A DNA stretch of 64,000 nucleotides from Lichenicola sp. (GTDB taxonomy: Bacteria; Acidobacteriota; Terriglobia; Terriglobales; Acidobacteriaceae), in the NCBI GenBank assembly GCA_964658635.1, contig CAZZZP010000004.1, forward strand, positions 7,088-71,087, given 5' to 3'. Of the stretch, positions 46,938 to 55,388 are shown piece after piece. The notes below the pieces were generated by a model, which made no database searches, was not told the DNA's origin, and worked only from the letters and a program-made list of their open reading frames with translations. Numbering within the stretch: position 1 is the stretch's first letter; the number at the start of each line of letters is the position of its first letter. A program made the position numbers and the translations under genes.

Positions 46938-47621
46938 GTGGCAACCATCGGCTTCGGCTGTATCTCGCTTCTTTGCGGTTTATGGGATACGTCCGGGAGG
47001 CAGCAGCATGCCGTTGCACGCCTCTGGGCAAACGTCCTTCTGATCCTTAGTCTCTCCCCGGTGCGATTGATCGGGCGTAAACACTTGCAACCGAGGAAAA
47101 CTGCGGTTTATGCGGCGAATCACCTCAGTTACTACGACACACCAGTACTGTTCGCAAAACTCCCTTTCCAATTCCGCATTCTGGCTAAGCAGTCACTTTG
47201 GAAGGCGCCATTTATTGGCTGGTACCTGAAGCGATCTGGGCAGGTCCCCATCGATGCAAAATCAGGTCGATCGGCAATAGCGGGGCTGTTGAAGGGTGTC
47301 AAAACTCTTCAGTCCGGGCTCCCCCTACTACTTTTTCCGGAGGGAGGCCGTGCGGAGCATGGCAAGATGACTCCTTTCCAGTCCGGAGCCGCCTTTATGG
47401 CGATCAGGGCACAAGTACCGTTGGTCCCGGTCGCGATAATCGGCACCTATGAGCTCCTTCCGATTCACGTGTACCATTTGACGCCCCACCCGGTAAAAAT
47501 AGTCATCGGTGAGCCTCTTTCCACAGCGGGCCTCGACACCAAAGATGCCCCCGCTCTGACACAGGAACTCTTTGCAGCCATCACAGAACTCTGCTTCCGC
47601 CACTCCGACCAGCTAGACTAA
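46938..47621 (+). CDS. lysophospholipid (1-acyl-sn-glycerol-3-phosphate) acyltransferase family protein
   Basis: 227 aa from GTG 46938. The acyltransferase motifs are NHLSYYD (HX4D variant) and FPEGGR. The reading frame stays open and hydrophobic upstream of the called start, so the true N-terminus is uncertain. Confidence 0.8.
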   Translation: MATIGFGCISLLCGLWDTSGRQQHAVARLWANVLLILSLSPVRLIGRKHLQPRKTAVYAANHLSYYDTPVLFAKLPFQFRILAKQSLWKAPFIGWYLKRSGQVPIDAKSGRSAIAGLLKGVKTLQSGLPLLLFPEGGRAEHGKMTPFQSGAAFMAIRAQVPLVPVAIIGTYELLPIHVYHLTPHPVKIVIGEPLSTAGLDTKDAPALTQELFAAITELCFRHSDQLD

Positions 47622-47625
47622 AAGT

Positions 47626-48399
47626 ATGCGGCGTATAGCAATCCCAACACCAACCAGCTTCGATACAGAGTACAACCGTCGTAACTGGCAGTCGTTCGCC
47701 GACGCCGTTCGCGTGAACTCTGCCGAGCCCGTCGAGGTTGGCCTCAATTTATCCCCAAAGGCGATAGCAGAGCTGGCTGGTTCGTGTCATGGAATCCTCC
47801 TCCCCGGCTCACCGGCCGATGTCAATCCAGCCAAGTATGGACAAGAACGGGATCCCTCTACGGCACCACCGGACCTTGCACGCGAAAATGTAGACGAACT
47901 CTTGCTTCAGGATGCCCATAACCTCTTTAAGCCGATCCTCGGTGTTTGCTTCGGAGCTCAGATTCTGAACGTGTGGCGCGGCGGTCAGCTTGTGCAGGAT
48001 CTTACCGTGATGCCGGTAAACCATTCAGCCTCCCGCGGGGTGCTTGTCGCCCATTCCGTCTCCGTAGCACCGGCATCGCTCCTCGCCAGTGTGATCGATC
48101 CCCATGAGGCTCGTTTCAGTGGCGATTTCCGGCGACTTCCCGTGAACTCCTCCCATCATCAGGCAATCGGAATTCCTGGGGATGGTCTCCTGGTCTCTGC
48201 CCGGTGTCCGCAGGATGCTGTCATCGAAGCCATTGAAGGCGCACAGCACCCGGGTGATTCTCACTTCGTGCTGGGCGTACAGTGGCATCCGGAGCGTACG
48301 ACATCAGAAAGCTCGAGCTCATGCAGGATCTTTAGTCTCTTCTGTCAGGAAGTTGCCAAGTGGTCTCCGCGGAAGATCACCACGTCTGTGTTTTCCTGA
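47626..48399 (+). CDS. class I glutamine amidotransferase / peptidase C26 (gamma-glutamyl-GABA hydrolase-like)
   Basis: 257 aa. The nucleophile elbow GVCFGAQILN is present, along with SSHHQAI and GVQWHPE. Confidence 0.85.
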   Translation: MRRIAIPTPTSFDTEYNRRNWQSFADAVRVNSAEPVEVGLNLSPKAIAELAGSCHGILLPGSPADVNPAKYGQERDPSTAPPDLARENVDELLLQDAHNLFKPILGVCFGAQILNVWRGGQLVQDLTVMPVNHSASRGVLVAHSVSVAPASLLASVIDPHEARFSGDFRRLPVNSSHHQAIGIPGDGLLVSARCPQDAVIEAIEGAQHPGDSHFVLGVQWHPERTTSESSSSCRIFSLFCQEVAKWSPRKITTSVFS

Positions 48400-48980
48400 T
48401 GGCAACACTCACACACTCTGAAATTGGTGACATATTACAGCCCTTTTATCAGGACTGCTCAGTGATCCTCCTGGACCAGCTGTCGCAATATCTTGATCTG
48501 TTGGTGAAGTGGAACAGCCGAACAAATCTTTCATCCATCCGCGAACCGCGTCAGATCGTCAGACGGCATTTCGGAGAATCCCTTTTCGTGGCCCGCCACC
48601 TCCCTCCCGCGCACACACTGCTGGATCTAGGGTCTGGAGCGGGGTTCCCCGGCATTCCTATTCAGATTGCTCGACCAAACCTGAGAGTTACACTCGCTGA
48701 GTCACAAAACAAGAAGTCGACCTTTCTTCGCGAAGCCGTGAGAACACTCGGACTCAATTCCGAGGTCTATGCTGGGCGAGTTGAGGAGATGCGAGTCTCT
48801 CAGCAATTCGAGGTTGTCACGCTACGAGCCGTAGACCGCCCTGAACTCGCATTGGCCCTCGCTCGCGAGAGGATGACTGATGGCGGTCTGATTCTTCAGC
48901 TTTCTGCGCTTGTAGAAGACTGCGAGCAGTCGCTTCTGGTCCCTGGTTCTCTGAATTCTTTCCTCAACTTTATTCGTTGA
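48399..48980 (+). CDS. rsmG: 16S rRNA (guanine527-N7)-methyltransferase
   Basis: The ORF spans 48360..48980. I chose the start at ATG 48399, which overlaps the upstream stop (TGATG). The SAM motif LLDLGSGAGFPGIPIQI is present, and the gene lies upstream of parAB. Confidence 0.88.
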   Translation: MATLTHSEIGDILQPFYQDCSVILLDQLSQYLDLLVKWNSRTNLSSIREPRQIVRRHFGESLFVARHLPPAHTLLDLGSGAGFPGIPIQIARPNLRVTLAESQNKKSTFLREAVRTLGLNSEVYAGRVEEMRVSQQFEVVTLRAVDRPELALALARERMTDGGLILQLSALVEDCEQSLLVPGSLNSFLNFIR

Positions 48981-48996
48981 TGTTCCACGTGGAACC
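48981..48996. promoter_or_regulatory. parS-like site 1 (15/16 of the palindrome)
   Basis: TGTTCCACGTGGAACc lies immediately after the rsmG stop. It resembles the canonical parS TGTTNCACGTGAAACA. Confidence 0.8.
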
Positions 48997-49012
48997 CCCG
49001 AAGCCATGAGTA

Positions 49013-49028
49013 TGTTCCACGTGGAACA
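49013..49028. promoter_or_regulatory. parS-like site 2 (perfect 16-bp palindrome)
   Basis: TGTTCCACGTGGAACA lies 13 nt upstream of the first possible parA start. Confidence 0.85.
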
Positions 49029-49040
49029 TGCATTTGCTTC

Positions 49041-49937
49041 ATGACAGCACTCCAAGTACCCTTGCATCGAGCCCACATGAGACCCCGCAAGCATTCACCC
49101 GCAGCTGAACAGCCCCAGGAACACTCAAGCAAAATTCTGGCCGTAGTCAATCAGAAAGGTGGCGTCGGGAAAACCACAACGGCGATCAACCTTGGCGCAG
49201 CTCTTGCCCTCCTAGGACACAGCATTCTTTTGATAGACTGCGACCCTCAAGCAAATACGACGGGCGGGCTCGGATTTCGGCGCCAGAAGGAAGACGAGGA
49301 GCAGAGGCTCTCCGTCTACGATGTAGTCCTGGGCCACACCACACTCGATGAAGCAATTCAACGAACATGTGTGCCGACTTTGTCGCTCGTGCCAGGGAAT
49401 AAGAACCTGATCGGAGCAAACATCGAGCTTGTGTCCGCCGAAAGGCGAGAGTACCGCCTCAGAGATGCCATTGCCCAACTTACACATCCATACACGTTTA
49501 TCCTTCTGGACTGCCCACCAGCTCTCGATCTGCTTACCCTAAACGCCCTCGTCGCCGCTCATGGTTTGCTCGTTCCATTGCAGGCAGAGTACTTCGCACT
49601 CGAAGGGATTTCAGAGCTCATCAACACACTCGATCGCGTCGCCCAGGCTTTCAACCCAGAACTTGGTCTGGAAGGAGTTCTCCTCACCATGTACGATGAC
49701 CGGACTAATCTCTCACAACAGGTCACTGAAAATCTGAGATCCTTCTTCGGTGGAAAGATGTTCGCGACCACGATCCCCAGAAACATAACGGTCGCTGAAG
49801 CGCCAAGTCACGGCCTCCCTGTAGGGGTATACGATCCAAGATCGCGCGGTGCGGAGGCTTACGCAGAACTCGCAACTGAACTGCTCAAACGAAACGGTAT
49901 CTCCGCTCCAGGCAAAACACAAGGCAAACCAAGATGA
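49041..49937 (+). CDS. parA: chromosome partitioning ATPase ParA/Soj
   Basis: It has the deviant Walker A VVNQKGGVGKTTTAINLG and other ParA motifs (LIDCDPQAN, ILLDCPP). The alternative start is ATG 49077. Confidence 0.92.
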   Translation: MTALQVPLHRAHMRPRKHSPAAEQPQEHSSKILAVVNQKGGVGKTTTAINLGAALALLGHSILLIDCDPQANTTGGLGFRRQKEDEEQRLSVYDVVLGHTTLDEAIQRTCVPTLSLVPGNKNLIGANIELVSAERREYRLRDAIAQLTHPYTFILLDCPPALDLLTLNALVAAHGLLVPLQAEYFALEGISELINTLDRVAQAFNPELGLEGVLLTMYDDRTNLSQQVTENLRSFFGGKMFATTIPRNITVAEAPSHGLPVGVYDPRSRGAEAYAELATELLKRNGISAPGKTQGKPR

Positions 49938-50875
49938 GTATCCTGTCAAACAAGCCCGCACCAGCCACCTCTACTCAGGATACTAAACGACGTGCGCTCG
50001 GGCGCGGTCTGGAAGTTCTGCTGCCTCCTCGCCCTGCTGCTCTTCCGCCCTCCGAGCCTACCCCGACAGCCGACGGCAAGCCTCTCGAAATTGCGGTCGA
50101 ACTCATCGAGCGCAATCCATATCAGACCCGCACCACTTTTGACGCGGAAAAGCTTGCGGAACTCGCGCAAAGCATAGCTGCAAGTGGTGTCGTCCAACCT
50201 ATCGTCGTCAGGCCAGTCGCAGGCGGAAAATTCCAGCTCATCACCGGCGAACGACGACTCATGGCTTCAAAACAGGTCAACAAAGCCACAATCCCCTCCA
50301 TCATCCGCACCGTTTCAGACGAACAGGCGATGGAAATGACCATTGTCGAGAATCTGCAGCGCGCTGACCTGAACCCAATCGAACAAGCGCGTGCCTTTCA
50401 CAGGCTTGCCACCGACTTCAAAATGACTCAAGAGCAGATGGCCGTTCGCACCGGCAAGGAACGTGCATCCGTAGCAAACTTTTTACGCCTTCTTAAACTA
50501 CCTGAACTCATCCAGCACAAGGTAGAGAGCGGTGAGCTCAGTTTTGGCCACGCACGAACCCTCCTCGCCCTACCGACACCTGAGCAGATCATCTCCGCGG
50601 CACAAAAGGTGACCGCACTCTCCATGTCGGTGCGACAGACGGAAACGTATGTTCAGGGGCTCTTGAACCCGGAGATGAAAGAACAAAGACATCAGAAAGT
50701 TCTTCTGCCGCAGGACCCCAATGTAGGCGAAGCACAGCTGCGCCTACAGCATGCACTCGGGCTCCGAGTAAAAATCGAAGATAAAAAAGGGAAGGGTCGA
50801 GTCATTATCGAATATTCAGGCCTTGAAGACTTCGACGCTATACTCACCGCCCTCAACGCGCAACTCAACGGATAG
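49934..50875 (+). CDS. parB: chromosome partitioning protein ParB/Spo0J
   Basis: 313 aa with a 4-nt overlap with parA (ATGA). ParB box motifs are present (RRALGRGLEVLL, GERRLMASK), together with an HTH region. Confidence 0.93.
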   Translation: MSILSNKPAPATSTQDTKRRALGRGLEVLLPPRPAALPPSEPTPTADGKPLEIAVELIERNPYQTRTTFDAEKLAELAQSIAASGVVQPIVVRPVAGGKFQLITGERRLMASKQVNKATIPSIIRTVSDEQAMEMTIVENLQRADLNPIEQARAFHRLATDFKMTQEQMAVRTGKERASVANFLRLLKLPELIQHKVESGELSFGHARTLLALPTPEQIISAAQKVTALSMSVRQTETYVQGLLNPEMKEQRHQKVLLPQDPNVGEAQLRLQHALGLRVKIEDKKGKGRVIIEYSGLEDFDAILTALNAQLNG

Positions 50876-50898
50876 AAATATTGTCGAGGAGATCTTCC

Positions 50899-52263
50899 AT
50901 GCGCAATACGTATTCACTACTGTTACTTATTTGCACGTTCGGATCGCGACTTCCCGCTCAGCCGGCACCCGTCGCGAAGGCCACAAGAACATTGGTCCGC
51001 GCTGGCCACGTGCTCGACGTTCATACCGGCAAAGAGCTCGCAAACCAAACCCTCATCGTCGTGGCTGACCGCATCGAGTCGATCGCTCCAACCGGACAAG
51101 TTCCTGCTCAAGCCGGCGACCACGAGGTAGATCTCTCGGGTTCAACGGTGATGCCTGGCTTGATCGATGTCCATACACATCTGACGATGGCGACCAACTT
51201 CGACCCGTACTTTGAGCTCTCGATGACGCCGGCTAAGGAAGCAATCATTGGTGTCGAGAATGCGAAAGTGACCCTCGAAGCCGGTTTCACTACCGTTCGC
51301 AATGTCGGAGCCAACAACTACACCGATGTTGCACTCCGCGACGAAATCAACCTGGGACACGTGCCAGGACCCCACATGCAGGCTTCCGGGCCCGCGCTCG
51401 GAATTACGGGCGGCCACATGGACGAGAACCTGCTCCCCTTCGAGTATCACATCACGGCTGAAGGTGTTGCCGACGGTGTCCCTGCAGTCCAGCAGAAGGT
51501 CCGACAGAATATCAAGTATGGCGCTGACCTGATCAAGATTGGAGCGTCCGGTGGCGTGCTTTCAAAGGGCGACGATCCCCAGGCGTCACAGTACACACTT
51601 GAAGAGATGCAGGCAATCGTGGCCGATGCCCACCGGCTTGGCCGCAAGGTCGCCGCGCATGCCCACGGCTCACAGGCCATCGCACTCGCGACGCGTGCCG
51701 GCGTTGACTCCATCGAGCACGGCAGCTACATCAACGACGAAGACATCACACTGATGAAACAGCACGGCACTTACCTCGTGCCCACCGCCTACCTGGTCGA
51801 TTGGATGAAGCAGAACGGACACCTTCCCGAGATCTATCAGCAGAAGATGACTGATGTCGGGAATGCCATGCAAGCCAACCACAGGAAAGCGATCCAGGCC
51901 GGCGTCAAGGTCGCACTGGGCACAGACGCAGCGGTCTATCCGCACGGTCTCAATGCACACGAACTAGAGGTCTATGTGAAAAATTATGGTATGACGCCCC
52001 TGGCCGCGATCCAGGCTGCGACACTCAATGCTGCAGACCTCATGGGCTGGACCGACCGCACCGGTTCGCTCGACGCCGGCAAATGGGCAGACCTGATCGC
52101 CGTGGAAGGTGATCCGCTGACTGATGTCACACTCCTCCAGCATGTTTCCTTCGTTATGAAATCTGGCACTATTTATAAAGATGAAGCACACCCAGACAAG
52201 GTGCAGCACCTCAGCCATGTGCAGCAACCCGTTGAGGCACCTTTGGCGGTCCCTGCCCTGTGA
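50899..52263 (+). CDS. secreted metal-dependent amidohydrolase family protein
   Basis: The ORF starts at TTG 50881. I chose ATG 50899, which gives a signal peptide (MRNTYSLLLLICTFGSRLPAQ). The metal-binding motif GLIDVHTHL is present, along with AHAHG and downstream His/Asp residues. Confidence 0.85.
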   Translation: MRNTYSLLLLICTFGSRLPAQPAPVAKATRTLVRAGHVLDVHTGKELANQTLIVVADRIESIAPTGQVPAQAGDHEVDLSGSTVMPGLIDVHTHLTMATNFDPYFELSMTPAKEAIIGVENAKVTLEAGFTTVRNVGANNYTDVALRDEINLGHVPGPHMQASGPALGITGGHMDENLLPFEYHITAEGVADGVPAVQQKVRQNIKYGADLIKIGASGGVLSKGDDPQASQYTLEEMQAIVADAHRLGRKVAAHAHGSQAIALATRAGVDSIEHGSYINDEDITLMKQHGTYLVPTAYLVDWMKQNGHLPEIYQQKMTDVGNAMQANHRKAIQAGVKVALGTDAAVYPHGLNAHELEVYVKNYGMTPLAAIQAATLNAADLMGWTDRTGSLDAGKWADLIAVEGDPLTDVTLLQHVSFVMKSGTIYKDEAHPDKVQHLSHVQQPVEAPLAVPAL

Positions 52264-53015
52264 TCAAGGCATCGAGACTTGAGTTCCGTCTTCGCTACCT
52301 CCTCCACGTGGTGATCTTTGCGCTCGGCTTCTGGGCTCCCTGGAACCTGATCACTCCGATCGATCCGCGCGGTCCGAATGCGCACGTCTGGGGAATTCTG
52401 GCGGCCAACCTCTCGCAATTGGACGCCGGAAGTCTGCAGACATCATTTAATATCCTGCTGGTAGCGGCGATCGTCTGTGCTGTGATCAGCGCTGGCTTAC
52501 GAACCTGGGGAACCGCGTTCCTCGGCACGGGTGTCGTCAAGTCAGGCGCCATGCAGGTAGCTAAGCATGATTCCATCGACGGAATCCTCACCGATGGCCC
52601 ATTTGGCCATCTCAGGAATCCGCTCTACCTCGGGACTTTCCTGCACACCCTTGCGATCTCCCTGCTCATGCCACGCTCGGGAGCGATCTTCGCCATCGTC
52701 GCGATCGGAATCATGCAGATCCGGCTCATTCTCGGCGAGGAAGCCTACCTCTCACAGAAGCTGGGAGCGCCGTATCTTGCCTACTGCGAGCTGGTCCCGC
52801 GTCTGCTGCCGTCGCTTCGTCGCAGAGCTCCCGATACAGGCCGAGTTCCGCGCTGGGGTGAGGCGTTCCTGGGTGAGGCCTACTTTTGGGTCGTTGCACT
52901 GATCTACGTGGTGCTGGGGTGGAACTACAACGCCGCGCGGCTTCTCCAGGGAGTCATTGTGGCATTCGGCGTTCAGATAGTTTGTTCCGCGCTCATTCCG
53001 AAACGGATAGCCTGA
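52260..53015 (+). CDS. membrane methyltransferase of the isoprenylcysteine carboxyl / phospholipid methyltransferase family
   Basis: 251 aa and polytopic. The signature is TDGPFGHLRNPLYLGTFL. It has a 4-nt overlap with the upstream gene. Confidence 0.8.
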   Translation: MIKASRLEFRLRYLLHVVIFALGFWAPWNLITPIDPRGPNAHVWGILAANLSQLDAGSLQTSFNILLVAAIVCAVISAGLRTWGTAFLGTGVVKSGAMQVAKHDSIDGILTDGPFGHLRNPLYLGTFLHTLAISLLMPRSGAIFAIVAIGIMQIRLILGEEAYLSQKLGAPYLAYCELVPRLLPSLRRRAPDTGRVPRWGEAFLGEAYFWVVALIYVVLGWNYNAARLLQGVIVAFGVQIVCSALIPKRIA

Positions 53016-53073
53016 AATGAAATGAGGGCTTCGCACATCGGCGAAACCCTCTGCCACGCCCATCCTGTGGGAC

Positions 53074-53370
53074 TTACTTCTTGACCGGCGCGATGGTATC
53101 CTTTGCGGTCTTCGCCACACGGAACTTGACTACGGTCTTGGCCTTGATCTTGATTGTCTCGCCTGTCTGCGGGTTGCGTCCCAGGCGAGCCTTGCGCTCC
53201 GCCTTAACCAGCTTGCCGACGCCTGGGATCGTGAACTCGCCGTTCTTCTTGGTCTCTTTCACGGCGGTCTCGGCCAGCAGTTCGAGGAATGCGGAGGTCT
53301 GCTTATTCGTGATCTCGAGCTTCTCCGCCATGGTGCGAATCAGAGCTGTCTTGGTCATGCCTTTTGCCAT
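53074..53370 (-). CDS. hup: nucleoid-associated DNA-binding protein HU
   Basis: The ORF spans 53074..53439. I chose the start at ATG 53370, which has AGGAG upstream. The product is 98 aa, and RKARLGRNPQTGETIKIKAKTVVKFR is the HU beta-arm signature. Confidence 0.92.
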   Translation of the reverse strand: MAKGMTKTALIRTMAEKLEITNKQTSAFLELLAETAVKETKKNGEFTIPGVGKLVKAERKARLGRNPQTGETIKIKAKTVVKFRVAKTAKDTIAPVKK

Positions 53371-53620
53371 TGGTGAACTCCTTAGGATAGTGCAAATTTG
53401 ACTACTTGTTTCAGATCTGAAGCTTGCCGCTCCGACCACCGGGTCCCAACCACGGAATTGAGAAATCGCCTGTATTCACGCGGTCTCCAGGAACCGTACC
53501 GAAATCAACCATCCTCTGTTCAGAACCCTTTGTCAACGCGTTTTGCCGAGTTTCCACAGCTTTTTCCGGTATTTCTCCCCATAATGTCCTTTATGACTGG
53601 CTTTTCACCTCATAAAGCGT

Positions 53621-54313
53621 CTAGAACATGGGTTTTGGCGCGGCTACAAGGGGGGCATTCAGCAGCTCTACAAGTGGCGTTGCAAGATGAAATCTTCGCA
53701 CAATTTCCAGCACAAGCTTTGGATCAAGAGCAATCTTCGTGGGCAGCTTTGCAGCTACACCCCATTGCCTTTGCTCAATCAGGTCGATTGCCGGGTCATC
53801 CTTCGAAAAACCCTTCGGAGGACGGGTCATGGTCAGCGGCTCAAGTGGTGTGAACCCCGCATTCGACAGTTTCTTCGCAGCTAAAATCTTTCGCATCTCG
53901 ACATGCTTCGTCTGCAGGTGACGCCGGATAGCGAGCAGCTGCTCACGCTCCGGCATATAGCAGCCGGCAGCGATTAAAACTCCATCAGTACCCACTTGTA
54001 GGTAATACCCGCCGCCGGAGGTCTTCTCCATTCCTTGCCGGGCCCACCACGCAGCCAGATGCGTCTTGTACGGCTGCTTGTTGCTGCTGAAACGTATATC
54101 GCGATAAATGCGCATCATGCACTTGACGGGATCACGAACAAAGTGTGGCGCAAACTTCAACATCGCCTCGTTGACCTCAGCCACAACCGTCAGCATAGGC
54201 GCCTTCAACTCGTTCTCATAGGTATCTTTCCGGGCATTGAACCATTCCCGATCATTATTTCGAGAGAGCCCGCGCAAAAACTTAAAAGTCGCTTCCGAGA
54301 AGTGAGCACCCAT
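53621..54313 (-). CDS. DUF2461 (TIGR02453-type) family protein
   Basis: 230 aa. The N-terminal FKFLRGLSRNNDREWFNARKDTYE and the IYRDIRFSSNKQPYKTHL motifs are characteristic of this family. Confidence 0.85.
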   Translation of the reverse strand: MGAHFSEATFKFLRGLSRNNDREWFNARKDTYENELKAPMLTVVAEVNEAMLKFAPHFVRDPVKCMMRIYRDIRFSSNKQPYKTHLAAWWARQGMEKTSGGGYYLQVGTDGVLIAAGCYMPEREQLLAIRRHLQTKHVEMRKILAAKKLSNAGFTPLEPLTMTRPPKGFSKDDPAIDLIEQRQWGVAAKLPTKIALDPKLVLEIVRRFHLATPLVELLNAPLVAAPKPMF

Positions 54314-54406
54314 ACCTCCATCCTACTTCGGACGCATCCGAGGTGTATCCTGAGCCCAACGCTCGTGACAGTCTTCAACACGGAGCACAAGGAAGACATA
54401 TCTCTC

Positions 54407-55387
54407 ATGGCCCTCGGTAACGCAATCCTGTTCCTCCTTTTCGTCGTTGCCGTCGTTGTTCTTATCCTCGTCCTCAAAAGTGTAGTCACCGTCCGCACAG
54501 CCACTGCGGGCATCGTGGAGCGCTTCGGCAAGTTCAACCGCATCCTTCGTCCCGGTTTACACGTCCTGCTCCCCTTCGCCGAGAACGTCTTCATGGTTGA
54601 CCTCCAGGTACGCCAGGCACAGTTCTCCGTGGAGACCAAGACCCGCGACAATGTCTTCGTACAGATCCCCGTCTCGGTACAGTACGTGGTCCTCGACGAC
54701 AAGATCTACGAGGCCTTCTACAAACTCTCCAATCCAACGAAACAGATCGAAAGCTTCGTTTTCAACTCCATACTCGGCCACGTACCCAAGCTCTCGCTCG
54801 ATGAGACGTTCGAACAGCAGAGCGGTATCTCGGTCGCAGTCAAGGTCGAGCTCGATCAGATCATGTCGGGCTTCGGCTTCAACATTCTCACCGCCCTCGT
54901 TACGGACATCATTCCGGACATCAAGGTGAAGGCGGCGATGAACGACATCAATGCAGCCCAGCGCTCCCAAGTCGCAGCCCAGGCCCGCGGCGAGGCAGAC
55001 AAAATCCTCAAAGTGAAGCAGGCCGAGGCAGAAGCTGAGTCGAAGGCGCTTCAAGGAAAAGGTATCGCAGCCGAGCGCCAGGCGATCATCGACGGGCTCT
55101 CCGCATCCATCGAACATTTCCAGCAAGGCGTGAAAGGTGCAACCAGCGAGGACGTCATGGCACTCGTGCTGCTGACCCAATATTTCGACACTTTACGTGA
55201 CATAGGCACCCGTGGCGGCACCAACACCATCTTCCTGCCCAATAATCCTGGCGCAGCGAACGACTTTCAAACTCAGATCCTCGCCGGTCTCCGTGGCGGT
55301 GTGACGAACGACGGGCACCTGAAATCGTCTGCTTTCGACCCGTCGAAACCCACTCCTCCACCACGCCTGCAGGGCGACCCTCGCTAA
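54407..55387 (+). CDS. SPFH/band-7 (stomatin-like) membrane protein
   Basis: The track ORF 54035..55387 overlaps the opposite-strand gene. The real start is ATG 54407 (MALGNAILFLLFVVAVVVLILV, a TM anchor). It is followed by the SPFH core (GIVERFGKFNRILRPGLHVLLPF) and a coiled-coil AQARGEADKILKVKQAEAEAESKALQ. Confidence 0.88.
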   Translation: MALGNAILFLLFVVAVVVLILVLKSVVTVRTATAGIVERFGKFNRILRPGLHVLLPFAENVFMVDLQVRQAQFSVETKTRDNVFVQIPVSVQYVVLDDKIYEAFYKLSNPTKQIESFVFNSILGHVPKLSLDETFEQQSGISVAVKVELDQIMSGFGFNILTALVTDIIPDIKVKAAMNDINAAQRSQVAAQARGEADKILKVKQAEAEAESKALQGKGIAAERQAIIDGLSASIEHFQQGVKGATSEDVMALVLLTQYFDTLRDIGTRGGTNTIFLPNNPGAANDFQTQILAGLRGGVTNDGHLKSSAFDPSKPTPPPRLQGDPR

Positions 55388-55388
55388 G

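Noticed and set aside
54035-54406. 5' extension of the SPFH ORF (track ORF 54035..55387)
   Set aside because: It overlaps the DUF2461 gene on the opposite strand and has no SPFH similarity. A TM anchor begins right at ATG 54407.
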